Below are positions 13,248 through 25,664 of a DNA stretch of 64,000 nucleotides, piece by piece; position 1 is the stretch's first letter, and the number at the start of each line of letters is the position of its first letter. The stretch is taken from the NCBI RefSeq assembly GCF_006345805.1, contig NC_042999.1, positions 54,808,001-54,872,000 on the forward strand. Reading direction: 5' to 3'. Origin of the DNA: Octopus sinensis. Taxonomy: Eukaryota. A model generated the notes under the pieces. That model had not been told where the DNA came from and searched no databases. It saw only the letters and a list, made by a program, of their open reading frames with translations. A program made the translations under genes and the position numbers.

Positions 13248-13357
13248 AACACAATATTATATGACATATCGAGAGACGTTTCAGCCTCGTTATCGAACCA
13301 AATATAAATGCTGTCACGGCTGGAAGCAACGCAATAAAGAAAAAGGATGTTTATTCC
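13248..13357 (+). CDS. MEGF6: MEGF6-like gene exon: EMI domain, C-terminal half
   Basis: Acceptor tttttctacag|, donor C|gtaagt, 110 bp, phase 2/1, in frame with the previous exon. Translates (K)TQYYMTYRETFQPRYRTKYKCCHGWKQRNKEKGCLF. Confidence 0.92.
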
Positions 13358-14309
13358 GTAAGTATACAATTCTATTTTTTTCCTTTTTCACAAAATTCCA
13401 CTCAAAAATACTAACCAGATATATTGATCTGTGAAATTATTCCAAGAGTCCAGGAATTTTCAGGAATAAATGGTTTGGTAGAAATTTAATTGGGTCAAAC
13501 GGTACTTTTGTAAGACCTCTTTTCTGAGATTAATTGGTTAGAAGCAGGAGGACCAGCTCAACGGAAATGACGAAAGTGGGGTCGACCCCTCTGCTGTCAT
13601 TGAACATAAAAAAACCTGCATTCTTGGGCAAACGTTGTCTTTTATAATCTTGGGTCAGCCCATATGTTTTGAGTGGAATTGGTCAGACGAAAACTGTACA
13701 GAAGCCAGTCTGATGGATTGTATCTGCAATTTCCAAGGTACATGCTTGTCATACACCGTATCATGCTGGGAATTACTCTAAGGGTACTCGGGTACCTAAC
13801 ATGAAAGCCGTCCCAACTGTGACCACTCCGTCGTTTTCCTAAATGCAAGAAACCCAGCGTCAGTATTGTCCAACGTGTATTCCCAATCAGTAATGTGTGA
13901 TCAAAGGGCGGTTTGACTGTTATATCTAGGAGATCGAGTCATGAAGTAGAGGTTTCTTTGTCGGTTCCACAGTGAAGATAATTGGCTATAGCTGCTCTAG
14001 TGGAGATTTAATAACTATTTCTATTATGATATAGTAATATTTGCATAAGTCGGAAGAGCATCGGATTAAAGAACATGCGGAATTTAGTTCCGGCTCTTTA
14101 CATCCTGCAGCCAAATCCTGCCGAGGTTAACTTTGCCTTTCATCCCTCTGGGATCGATAAAATAAAGTACCAGTCATGTACTGGGTGTCAATGAAATCAA
14201 TTAAACCCTTCCTCTCAAAATTACTGACCCTGAGCCAAAATTGAAAGCAATTATCATATAGCATTATTTACATTATATATTATAATGATCATGATGATAA
14301 TAATAATAC

Positions 14310-14341
<32 letters not shown>

Positions 14342-14949
14342 GGTGTATTTAAGGCGGCGAGGTCTTTATGCTTTTGAATTCGTAATTCGCTGAGGTTGAC
14401 TTTGCCTTTCGTCTTTTGCTATCGATGAAATAAGTCTCAATGGAGAGCTGGGGGTCGATGTAATCGACAAGTCCTCTCCCTACAAATTTCAGGCTTTCTG
14501 CCTATAGTTGAAAGGATTTTTAGGTGTATTTCGTAAAATGATTAAGATTTAGATTGCAGGATAATACATGTCCCTTATTATTATTATTATTAAGGCGGCG
14601 AGCTGTCAGAATCGTTAGCACGCCGGGCGAAATGGTTAGCTGTATTTCGTCCACCGCTATGTTCTGAGTTTAAATTCCGCCGAGGTTGACTTTGCCTTTC
14701 ATCCTTTCGGGGTCGATAAATGAAGTACCAGTGAGACACTGGAGTTGATGTAGCCGACTAGCCCCCTCCCACAATATTTCATGGCCTTGTACCTTCAAAA
14801 GGAAGGATTATTATTATTATTTAAAACATTATCTTACTTGTTATAACGCATCTCACAACGCGAAAAATTTTGAGAAAAGCAATGTTGGAGTACTCCAGTT
14901 TCGATCGACATAATACCTGGCTCATATGTGTGTGCGTGTGTGTGTGGAG

Positions 14950-15329
14950 GTACAATGGCCCAGGGGTTAGGGCAGCGGACTAGGCGTCGTAGGATCGTAG
15001 TTTTGATTCCCAGACCGGACGTTGTGATTGTTTCTTGAACGAAAACACCTAAAAGCTCCACGAGACTCCGGCAGGGAGTCGTGGCGAACCCTGGTGTACT
15101 CTATCACCACAACTATTCTCTCACTCTTTCCTCCTGTTTCTATTGTGTGTGTATTTCAAAGGGCCAGCCAGCCTTGTTACATTCTGTGTCACGCTGAGCC
15201 TCCCCGAGAACTACGTTAAGGGGACATGTGTCTGTGGAGTGCTCGGCCACTTGCACGATAATTTCACGAGCAGGCTGTTCCGTTGATCGGATCAACTAGA
15301 ACCCTCGTCATCGTAACCGACGGTGTGCC
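14950..15329 (+). mobile_element. SINE family A, long subfamily
   Basis: tRNA head, an AAAACACCTAAAAGCTCCACGAG insert and the family A tail. The same subfamily occurs at 38367-38746 (+) and about 49480-49733 (-). Confidence 0.75.
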
Positions 15330-15365
15330 ACGCTATACAACACACACACACACACACACCACACA

Positions 15366-15429
<64 letters not shown>

Positions 15430-15431
<2 letters not shown>

Positions 15432-16025
15432 TAGTTACCAAGTCCGGTTTCACCCGGACGGTTTGGATGAAATGGCTGTAAAACCTGTTTGTGTAAGCAT
15501 TCGACTTGTTTGGGCACGCTTACGTTAAAAATCAATCTTAGTTGACTTTTCTTATGTCAAAACGCTAAAAGTAACTGACCAACAAAAAAAAACAACCGAG
15601 ATTCGACCAAATCAAAATCTAAACCCAAATACTAAGCGAACAAAGATGAACCATCCCACTTCTATTACGTCGCACACGCACACATCCACACACATATGCA
15701 CACACACACACACACACACATTCACATGTCCCCCTTTTACATATACACATATATTCACACAGAGTTGAAAACGCTGTTTAATTTATTTTTTTAGCGTACA
15801 ATTTTCATCATCCCACTACCAAGTATGACATCACCCCTTCCTTTCTCATTCATAAACACGAGTATTATTATAATAGATTATCTCGGTAACCATGGGAGCT
15901 ATGAAAATATTACAAAGCCCAGCATGACCACCGGATCATTCTACACATCTGTGTAATTTTTCGCGGTTTCACCGAGCCGTTTGACCGTGAATCTCAAGAC
16001 AAGAAAGAATCGCCCATGTCAAATT

Positions 16026-16030
<5 letters not shown>
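15430..16030 (+). mobile_element. Helentron/Helitron-like non-autonomous element
   Basis: Starts with ACTAG and the hairpin GTCCGG-TTTCAC-CCGGAC, contains an internal (CA)n, and ends in (TA)n. This organisation is typical of DINE/HINE-like elements. Confidence 0.45.
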
Positions 16031-16093
<63 letters not shown>

Positions 16094-16138
16094 TTGTAAA
16101 AAAGAAGTTTGAAAACGCCACTATATTAGATAAATTTT

Positions 16139-16810
16139 AATTTTACATGTTTCGGTTCTTGAAAAAAACGAACCTAATCAAAAAAAATTATTATAAAAAG
16201 TATAATGGAACAGTTCATAATCGTTACATACATTCAATAGAATCCATGTTACATACATTCAATAGAATCCATGTTCTTGAATGAGGCCTTCAGCACCATA
16301 CTACAAAGCACAGCCCTACTAAAGGGAGACCCAAAGATGAACCGGATCCTCGAAACACACACCATCATTAAAAGTAAACGGCAACCAAAATCCTTGAAAT
16401 GATTTTAACCCAAGCTAAACTGCACTCAACATCAACACAAAACCGGCAGTTAGAAAATGTGGAAGGCCCAACTGCGGATCTGTGTCATCTTGGTAGAAGG
16501 TTCAGAATTTATACTAGAACAAGCCATCAGTTCACCATTAGAACAAACTTCACCTGTGCATCAGAAACTTAATTTACGTCTTTGCAGGCTGCAATAGGGA
16601 GTATATAGGCCATACAAAAAATAGCTTACGTACAGGATGGCGGTGCATAAATCACAAATTAGAAACCCTGAATACCGGAAAATACCGGTCAGCGGACACA
16701 TAGATAGATGTGCTGCAAATGAAAATCCGAAATTTACAACTTACCCACTTTACAAATTCAGTGAAGAATTATCAACCCAATCAAAATACCGTATAAGCTC
16801 TCCGTTGGTA
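16139..16810 (+). mobile_element. Penelope-like element remnant: GIY-YIG endonuclease region plus inverted degenerate hammerhead
   Basis: Frameshifted translation ..KSKRQPKSL..AVRKCGRPNC..NLIYVFAGCNREYIGHTKNSL..RMAVHKSQIRNPEYRKIPVSGHIDRC..F..YPLYKF. The minus strand at 16139-16188 reads TTGATTA-GGTTC..GAACC-GAAA-CATG-TA. Confidence 0.75.
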
Positions 16811-18393
16811 CACTAGGCTAACAATATTGTTGAGATTAGTGAAGAACTCTAGGTATTTTTATGGCAGGTTTTTTTTATATATATGTATGAATACACGCAC
16901 GCACACACACACACACACATATAGTTATTAATCCAAACAAGTGATAGTACAGAAGAAATGAAGTTGAAAACGCACAGAGAATAAATAAGTATTTAGTTAC
17001 ATTTTAAAATGTATAAATATGCACTTGACTGGCTTAACATTTGGTCTTCAAAAGTGTACCGCGAAAGAAACCGTGTCACAAACTGAATTTTTCTGACTGT
17101 CGTTGTAAAACTACACACACACACACTCACACACATTCACACACCACACACACACACACACACACTCTCTCTCTCTCTCTCTCTATTTATCTATCTCTCT
17201 CTCTCTCTCACTCACACACTCACAAATAAGCTCTCTAGAAACAGACTAGAAAACCCTTACTCAATCCTAACTTTCTTAAAACACCACGTTAAAAAAAATG
17301 TTGCACCTACCATACATCTATCCCCCCAACTTCCGACAATTATTTCCCTGGTCTCTCTAAACAACCCCTAATTATCATTCCCCATAGCTCCACCTACCTG
17401 TAAAATATAACTTGCCATAGACTATGCAAAGCCGAAAAGGATCCTAGTATGACGTATTTTGACAAAAGCTAGCAAGCCGAAACGTCGAAGTCACTTTCAA
17501 CATTCCTTTTATTAAGGTTTAATAAACATAGACTCAACTAAAACATTCTTCCGTTTAATTGTTAAATTGTTTTTATGAGAACTTATAATAAAAACAATCT
17601 ATTTACGTACGTGTGTGCGCGCGCCCGTGCTGCTAGTTTTGTTACAGTTTTAAACAACAATGCCGTGAAAGCATTTTATAAATGATATCAACGAAACACA
17701 AAAATGTTTCGTTGGGTTTTTTTTATCGAAACCTCTTATCTGCTGTAATACTTCTCGAATTTCAAAAGCCTTGTGAGTAACAAACACTTTTGATATTCAC
17801 TCTAAAACAAGCCTCACTCACATCCTCCTACCATAGCAAATCTACTTAGATTTATATTGTCAAGTGTAAATGCGCTCTTTGGCGTGTGGAGATACTTTAA
17901 CTCGGTTTTCACCCAAACATTTCTGGAGTAAAGATCAAAACACAATCTTGTGTAACCTGTAATTTTCTAGATGGAACCATAATACCTTACAGAAACGATA
18001 TCAACGTATCTACTGTACCGTGTTGTTGCGTTCTTCTCGGTATCGCAGCTATTTCTGACATTCGAAGAGGAGTTATTTAACGTACGAACGCAGCCGGAAA
18101 TCATAGGATAGGATCGTAGTTTGGTAAATAAAAAAATTAAAAATGACAGCAGTTTTATCTTTTAAACAAACCATTTGCAAGCTGATACGTTTCAGGTCAA
18201 TGCAAATGAGCAATAATAATAGTCTACACCAACCGAACCGTGACAGCCAGGAAGAGATAATAATAATAATAATAATAATAATAATAGTGTTCAACTCGAT
18301 ACTGCATTTACAGTTATGACGAGGTGTAAATTAAGATACCGGATACTGTGTGAGTTCATTCTACATATGGGTGTGCTTACATACATACGTGCA

Positions 18394-18434
<41 letters not shown>

Positions 18435-18618
18435 TATATATACATATGTGTGTTTGTGTGTGGACATACACATGAACACGACCTGTGTGTATGTGAGTGT
18501 ATCTGAATACAGCAGTTGTATGTGTAGGTATGTTGAAGTGTTTTCTCTTACTTATTGTATAAATACGTTTCCTTTAGATTACTTTAATATATATCTATAC
18601 AAGTGTATATATATATAT

Positions 18619-18650
<32 letters not shown>

Positions 18651-18891
18651 TATATATATATATATATGTATATATGTATATATGTATATATATCTCTGTG
18701 TGTATAAATATATGTATGTATATGCATATATATATATATATAGATATATATATATATATGTATATATATCTCTGTGTGTATAAATATATGTATGTATATG
18801 CATATATATATATATATGCATATATATATTATATATATATAATATATATATATATATGTAAATGTATATGCAAATGTATATGTAAATATAT

Positions 18892-19258
18892 GCAGCAGGG
18901 GATTGCAGCAAATGGAGGAAAATGTGTTTTTTAAAGACTAGAGAATTTGAAAGTAACCGTCTTCGTCATAGGGACGCCCTTCGTGCAAATTTGAAAGCAA
19001 TGCATCATCAGCAAAATCCACCAAACAATGACTGTGTGTGTCACTGTGGGTTTAAAGCACGAAGCAAAGCTGGGTTAACTGTCCACTCGAGAAGACATTT
19101 TGAATCAACGAATACATGCAGGTGTACCATTTGCGAGAAAGTTTGCAAGACATCTGCTGGATTGAAGGTACACATGCGGTGTCACAAGGCTTAGGAATTG
19201 TTGAAGGTTATTTACTGAGCCCTCATTCATCGTCTTCGATGAGAGAATCCACCACATA
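18892..19258 (+). mobile_element. RTE-clade LINE 3' end with two C2H2 zinc fingers
   Basis: [17 protein letters not shown] (RTE A.DR..WR..FE..R motif), then CHCGFKARSKAGLTVHSRRH and CTICEKVCKTSAGLKVHMRCH, stop at 19194, and a short 3' UTR. No splice sites were seen. Confidence 0.7.
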
Positions 19259-20604
19259 TTAAATGTATATATATATATATATATATCACATGTTTTAATA
19301 CACGTGTGTGTGTGTGTGCGCGCACACACACACACAACAAATATTTTCGCTGTTCCGTTCCTTTTAAAATACAGAACTAAGGTCATTCAACAATATTTAG
19401 GCCTCTCATAGAACATGTTACCTTGAATTGTTGTGCGGACCCTCCTCACGATCTTCGGGTCAAATTTGTTACTTTTATCATTCTATTCTATTCTAATACG
19501 ACTAATTGTTATTTCAGTCAGTTGTTAGAGTCTGCCCTACACTGGTTATAACATTTTCCAGATGCTTTATCTTGGACGGTAGAAAGAGGGGCATCTCGGC
19601 TCCCTTAATAATGTCTTGATCTGTTTAGGTGTTAATAAACAACCATAATAGAGATTCCTGATATGAGATCGGGAAATAGGAAGTTTCGATAGCAAACGCT
19701 GGGTACTTCCCATTTCTCTCGGTTGTTTCTTTGATGCTAATATTTGGTTCACGACACATCCACAAGGAAAAACATAGCGTTCATGATGGAATTCCATAGA
19801 TCGTAAACGTCTGTACGTCTTTTAAAGTCTTAGCCTATAGGAAGGAGTTATGCCCATAGCCGCCTTCGTTACCAATGACGGGTCAGCTGATATTATATCC
19901 TTTGTAAGAGTAGGACTGTCGTAAAAACATATGTAGGCAAGGAATTACAGATGACTTCGGGGGAGGAAGAATAGTAGGAAGTGGTTAATATAGGGTCTGG
20001 AGAGGTCCCTTGATCGTAAAGTCGTGGGATCGATTCATAGACAGAGTGGTGCGTTGTATTCTTGAGCAAGGTGCTTCACTTTGCTACGGCTTATTCTACT
20101 GAAAATGGGTGTCAATCTAGTGCTAGTGCAGCCGTTCCACCCTTCGATATTCCGCTGAGTTGAGAGGCACATGAAGCAGTTGGTGAAAGAGTAGCGCTTG
20201 CTACCAGCTCCTTCTCGATTGCGATTGACAGCATTGTTCATTGAGTAAAATGGGGTACCTCTGTAGAAGCGGCATAAATTACAGAGTGAGAAGATAACAG
20301 GACTGAGGGCCAGATATTGGAATATGTTGGTGAGGGACTTCACGACAATCAAACGTTCCCTCCCAGTAGTTCAAAAATCTAGCTCTTCCGGAAAAATTTT
20401 TAGTTTTCTTAATTCATATCTGAGGCCTGGGCCACGAGGAGACCATCGCGTGCACATCCATAGATTTGCACCCACTATTCCTGGAAAGATCATTGGGGTC
20501 CTCGAAGCACCTCGTACGTCCTCCAAAGGCTCAATACAGAAGCGTGTATAAATATATATATATATATATATAAAGAGAGAGCGATATCTACATGTATATA
20601 TAGA

Positions 20605-21400
20605 GATGATATTCTTAAAGTCTTGGGAACAGGTTTGAACTCTGATGTCATATATCTTGACTTCAGTAAAGTCTTCGATAGAGTTGACCATGATATGTTA
20701 CTCTCAGAATTGGCAAATGTTGGAATCCGTGGAAAACTTCTACACTGGATTGAGTATTTCCTGGCGAACAGAACACATGTTGTGGTCGATGGAGTCCACT
20801 CATGCCTAGCAAAAGTCACCAATGGTGTCCCTCAGGGGATTGTCTTGGGCCCGCTCCCTTTATAAACTATATTAACGACCTTTCCAGCATCGTAAAACAC
20901 AGCAAAATGAAAATATTTACTGATGACACTAAGCTTCAGCAAATCATCAATGAAGAAGGCCGAACTCAACTCCAGTCTGATTTACATGCGGTGAGTCAAT
21001 GGGCAGACAAAAACAAAATGCAACTAAACGAGGAAAAATTTGAGCTGATGCATTTTGGAAAAAAGATGATGTTAAAGCCATGCTCTCTTCCTTTAGGGAA
21101 ACCTCTCACAGCATCTAATAATATCAGAAACCTAGGAGTAATTGACGATAACAATCTCAGTTGAAGTGCCCACATCAACAATGAATATGCAAATACACTG
21201 CAACACAATTTCTTTTCCTCAACAGGCTCTGCCCTTGTTAACATTGTCTCAAAATATATCAAAGAGAGAAAGGATCCCATCACTTTTAAACGGAATCTGG
21301 ACAAATTTCTTGAAAGAATACCTGATAAACCATCTATACCTAGATACAACTCACTCAACAAGAACTCCCTACTCGAATGGACCATGATACCACAAAACTT
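20605..21400 (+). pseudogene. CR1/L2-type LINE reverse transcriptase remnant
   Basis: Frameshifted DVIYLDFSKVFDRVDH, GVPQGIVLGP, YINDL, IFTDDTKL and RNLGV motifs, then FKRNLDKFLERIPD near the C-terminus. There appears to be an internal deletion near 21160-21240. Confidence 0.85.
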
Positions 21401-22171
21401 AACTTGAAAAGGATTTAGATAATCCTATCAGTTGTTGCTATTAAGTTAGACATGGAATGGACCAATCTTTGGTCGAAGCATATCTAAGATTTATTCAAGT
21501 TTTATATGGCCATTCCTGCTCACCGGCTTAAACCTAAGATCGTTAACAATGTGGTGTATTAAACCGAGCGAAACGGTTTATTTAACGAGAGACCTTTTAT
21601 GACGTCACCTAACAAGACACTTCTGCACCGAAGGATGCACCACAAGCAGTTGTACAGTATTTTACCCGCAAAGGATCGATGCAGAATGGGTCGAAACGAT
21701 CGTTATGAGTTATAAAGTTTCTCACATACTCCATTTACCGTCTCCATTTGTTATATATTCCCCCCAAAAAAACTGCCAGCAACTCGTAAAATATGAAACC
21801 AAAAAACTTGATAAAATATATAATTAAACCGCAGCCGTGTTTTGTATATTATCTGTGTGTGTGTGTGTGATATATGAAAGAGAGAGGAGTGGGGACGGGG
21901 TAGATAGAGAAATGATGTCTTATCTGCGTAATGAGGTCGACAATGATTTAGTGTTTGATGGTCGTGGTTTGTATCTTAAGGTTGGGTGTAACATCTCTCA
22001 TCACTGTCAAATGTCTACACTCGGAATACACGGCTTTCATCTTGCAATCTCTTTCGTATTTCTCCACTCGGATTAACATTCTGTCATTCCGTTATTCACC
22101 AATGTTCAACCCTCAACTTTGTAATTCCCGACAACTCTCTCTCTCCCTCTCTCTCTCTCTATCTATCTATC

Positions 22172-22202
<31 letters not shown>

Positions 22203-22358
22203 CCCTCTCTCTCTTCCTCTCTATTTTCTCCCCTCCCTCTCTCCCCTCCCCTCTCTCTCACTCTCATTCTCTCTCCCTCACCCATTCTCTCTCCTCACTC
22301 TCTCTCCATCCCCCTGTCTCCTCCCTCTCCCCTCCCTCTCCTCTCTCCTCTCTCTCTC

Positions 22359-22413
<55 letters not shown>

Positions 22414-22434
22414 GCGTTTATTTTAGTTATATAG

Positions 22435-22745
22435 GGAAGTCGCGTGGCTAAGTATTTTGGGTGTTCAGCTCACTGTCGCGAGTTCAATTTCCGGCAACTC
22501 GTTGTGTCCTTGAGCAAGACACTTCATTTCCCTTTGCTCCAGTCCAATCAGCTGGCAAAAATGAGTTTGTACCAGTAATTCAAAGGCGCCAGCCATATCA
22601 CATTCTGTGTCACGCTGAATCTCCCTGAGAACTACATTAAGAGTATGCGTGTCTGCGGAGTGCTCAGCCACTTGTACGTTAATTTCACAAGTAGGCTGTT
22701 CTGTTGATTGGATCAACTGGAACCCTCGTCGTCGCAACCGACGGA
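22435..22745 (+). mobile_element. SINE family A
   Basis: Matches the family A consensus along its length. Confidence 0.75.
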
Positions 22746-22779
22746 GGGCCAGTTATTACACGCGCACGCAAAAACACTG

Positions 22780-22818
<39 letters not shown>

Positions 22819-23533
22819 ATATATGATGGTTGCGATTGGTTTTCGAGTGATGGAGCAGCTTCGTTGTTCTTTAAAACAGTGAGGAGCATGTTGTGGATTT
22901 TCATACCTGCTGGAGACTTACACTCTTGTGCCCAGATGTGACAACGATGGGCGCCTCTTGCAGCCGGTGTTAACCAGACTTGCCCCCCAGACTGATGCAT
23001 ACGTTCATATTCCATGGAATTTTTCGTTGAGTGTTTTGATTTTTTCTCACTATGGCCAGCCGTAGTATGCAACACATTATACAGATGTTAAAAATCAAGT
23101 GACACCCTGTACCCGAGGCTTTTAAATTGAGGATAGGCCTTGCACAGGGCCAATTCCTCTCCCTAAAAGGCGTAAGCATTTGCCCAAAAGAGCTCAGCTA
23201 CATCATCGGATGCAAACAAAGCCACGTGTGTTACATTTGAGTTTTCCGTTTCTTAGTTCTCTTAGCGTTTCTGGTGATATGCAACCCGGTACGATTTGTC
23301 GCATAGTTTGGCCGTCGGCAACTAAACCGACAATCCTACCAAGCCCACTTAGTAAAGACGCTTATTTCCGTTTGATACCAATGGAAACGAAAACCAGTCA
23401 GCAGTCAACAGCATCCAACTGAGAGTCAGTGATCCCTAATCTTGGCATTAGGTGACATAGGTAAACGCCCATATTACCTGATGCCTTCACGCTTACCGTG
23501 TGTCAGTGTATAGATATATACATACATACATAC

Positions 23534-23574
<41 letters not shown>

Positions 23575-23595
23575 TATATATATATTATATATATA

Positions 23596-24550
23596 ATATA
23601 ATTAGGGCTTAGTAAAATAAATTACTTTGCCACATACTGAACTCAGTAGAATAGCAGCCAAAAAAGTTTTTCTTAGCATTTCTACTACTTAAAGAAAATT
23701 TCTCTCAGATAATGTTTACTCCAGACAGCTCACGAAGGTTTGGGGGTAAATACAGACAGAAAAATATCACAAGTACATAGATCGTTTGAGTACGTCAACG
23801 TTTCAAGATTAGCCAAATAAAATCAGCATTTCTTTCGTCAGCTCAAAAATTCTTAATTTGGATTTGGAAACACTAAAAAGAAGGAACTTTACCTGTCAGC
23901 GAACTTGTCGCTTCAGATGAACCACTCCAACTAAACAGTGTCAACAAATTCAAAATGCGCAGGCGTAAAATTCTGCACTCCCCATTCCACCCACGTGGTC
24001 TATCTAGCAAAACATTTATTTAACGCGAGAACCGAGGCAGTATGACCGAGAGAAATGAATTATAATATCAACAATTGAGGGTAAAATTAATTAATTAATC
24101 AATTTCACCAAGTGTTCAGTATGTAAAAGGACCATTTAAGGCGAATTCAAAATATTACATTATATAATTAGGGCTTAGTAAAATAAATTACTTTGCCACA
24201 TACTGAACTTAGTAGAAATAGCAGCCCAAAAAAATTTTTATTTGGCTAATCTTGAAACGTTGACGTACTCAAACGATCTATGTACTTGTGATATTTTTCT
24301 GTATTTACCCCCAAACCTTCGTGAGCTGTCTGGAGTAAACATTATCTGAGAGAAATTTTCTTTAAGTAGTAGAAATGCTAAGAAAAACTTTTTTTGGCTG
24401 CTATTTCTACTAAGTTCAGTATGTGGCAAAGTAATTTATTTTACTAAGCCCTAATTATATAATGTAATATTTTGAATTCGCCTTAAATGGTCCTTTTACA
24501 TACTGAACACTTGGTGAAATTGATTAATTAATTAATTTTACCCTCAATGT
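23596..24550. mobile_element. Penelope-like pseudo-LTR array with direct and inverted copies
   Basis: 23596.. recurs at 24165.. (about 569 bp apart). From about 24236 to 24548 the sequence is the reverse complement of 23596-23820 plus 24073-24164. Contains a minimal hammerhead and is flanked by (TA)n. Confidence 0.7.
23785..23847 (-). ncRNA. Minimal type I hammerhead ribozyme in a Penelope-like pLTR
   Basis: Minus strand: TTTGAG-CTGACGA-AAGA[22 nt]TCTT-GAAA-CGT-TG-ACG-TA^CTCAAA. Canonical core, 6-bp stem I, short stem III with a 2-nt loop. Confidence 0.8.
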
Positions 24551-24551
24551 T

Positions 24552-24616
<65 letters not shown>

Positions 24617-24634
24617 TATATGTTGTGTTTTATA

Positions 24635-25008
24635 TAGGCGCAGGAGTAGCTGTGTGGTAAGTAGCTTGCTAACCAACCACATGGTTCCGGGTTCAGTCCC
24701 ACTGCGTGGCATCTTGGGCAAGTGTCTTCTGCTATAGCCCCGGCCGACCAATGCCTTGTGAGTGGATTTGGTAGACGGAAACTGAAAGAAAGCCTGTCGT
24801 ATATATATATATGTGTGTATGTGTTGTGTTGTGTCTGTGTTTGTCCCCCTAGCATTGCTTGACAACCGATGCTGGTGTGTGTTTACGTCCCGTTACTTAG
24901 CGGTTCGGCAAAAGAGACCGATAGAATAAGTATGGGCTTACAAAGAATAAGTCCCGGGGTTGATTTGCTCGACTAAAGGCTGTGCTCCAGTCAAAGGACT
25001 GAAACAAG
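24635..25008 (+). mobile_element. SINE family C (GGCGCAGGAGTGGCTGTGTGG head, internal microsatellite)
   Basis: tRNA-like head (GGTTCAGTCCC B box), GAAAGAAGCCTGTCG-(TA/TG)n, and a 3' body ending ACTGAAACAAGTA. Confidence 0.8.
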
Positions 25009-25040
<32 letters not shown>

Positions 25041-25140
25041 TAATGTATGTATGTTTGTGTATATATATATAATTTTCCAAAATGGTTCGAGGGATATTTA
25101 ATCTTAGCGGATACCGTGTTCGATCTTATCGAATGTCAAC

Positions 25141-25228
25141 AGACCCTGATGAAGTTGCACCGATGATGTTAATGTGGTTAAATGTCGGCGCATCGATATC
25201 GGCCTGCAACGGAAACGCACGTAGGTCT
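25141..25228 (+). ncRNA. Type I hammerhead ribozyme with extended stem II
   Basis: AGACC-CTGATGA-A-GTTGCA[...]TGCAAC-G-GAAA-CG-CA-CG-TA^GGTCT. Stem I is AGACC/GGTCT, stem II is GTTGCA/TGCAAC with inner CCGAT/ATCGG, stem III is ACG/CGT, and the cleavage triplet is GUA. Confidence 0.8.
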
Positions 25229-25314
25229 TGACGAAGAACGATGTGATTAACTGTATAATAAAACATGGATGTGCATAAGTCCGTTCTCCTGATCTTTATT
25301 AATTTCATTATATA

Positions 25315-25362
<48 letters not shown>

Positions 25363-25664
25363 GTGTGTGTGTGTAATAAGGAGCTTGCTTCCCAACCACA
25401 TAATTCCAGGTTGAGACCCACTGCTTCTGATGACTTTGTATGTGTATGTCTACTATCCTTTCAGCGGCCAGAATGGTATGAAAATAAGACGCAGTGTCTT
25501 TACGTACAACAGTGACGTAATGGAGGAACTCTAATCTTTGTCAACATTCTGTCCATCACTTCAGTGTCAGCCCTTGGCTTAATACGCAACAGAAACCGCA
25601 TTTGATATCGCAACATCATTAGAAAGTCTATCATTTTGAAAAGCATTTTTTTCTTCCTTCCCTC

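Noticed and set aside
17689-17724. 10-bp hairpin followed by a T-run, resembling an intrinsic terminator
   Set aside because: The context is a eukaryotic intron, and such short AT-rich hairpins are common by chance.
21600-21607. Perfect CRE site TGACGTCA, and other single TF-like motifs
   Set aside because: Isolated short motifs are expected by chance in 64 kb and have no supporting context.
22960-23420. Non-repetitive, moderately GC segment with partial open frames (also about 19560-19960, 20080-20550, 26560-26900, 29000-29260 and 61230-61620)
   Set aside because: No recognisable domain or consistent splice sites by eye. Possibly old TE remnants, and BLASTX would be needed.
24544-24865. 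Recurrent similar ORFs (RQASFSFRLPNP.., [11 protein letters not shown]..) at many loci, suggesting a gene family
   Set aside because: They are antisense readings of SINE family C copies.
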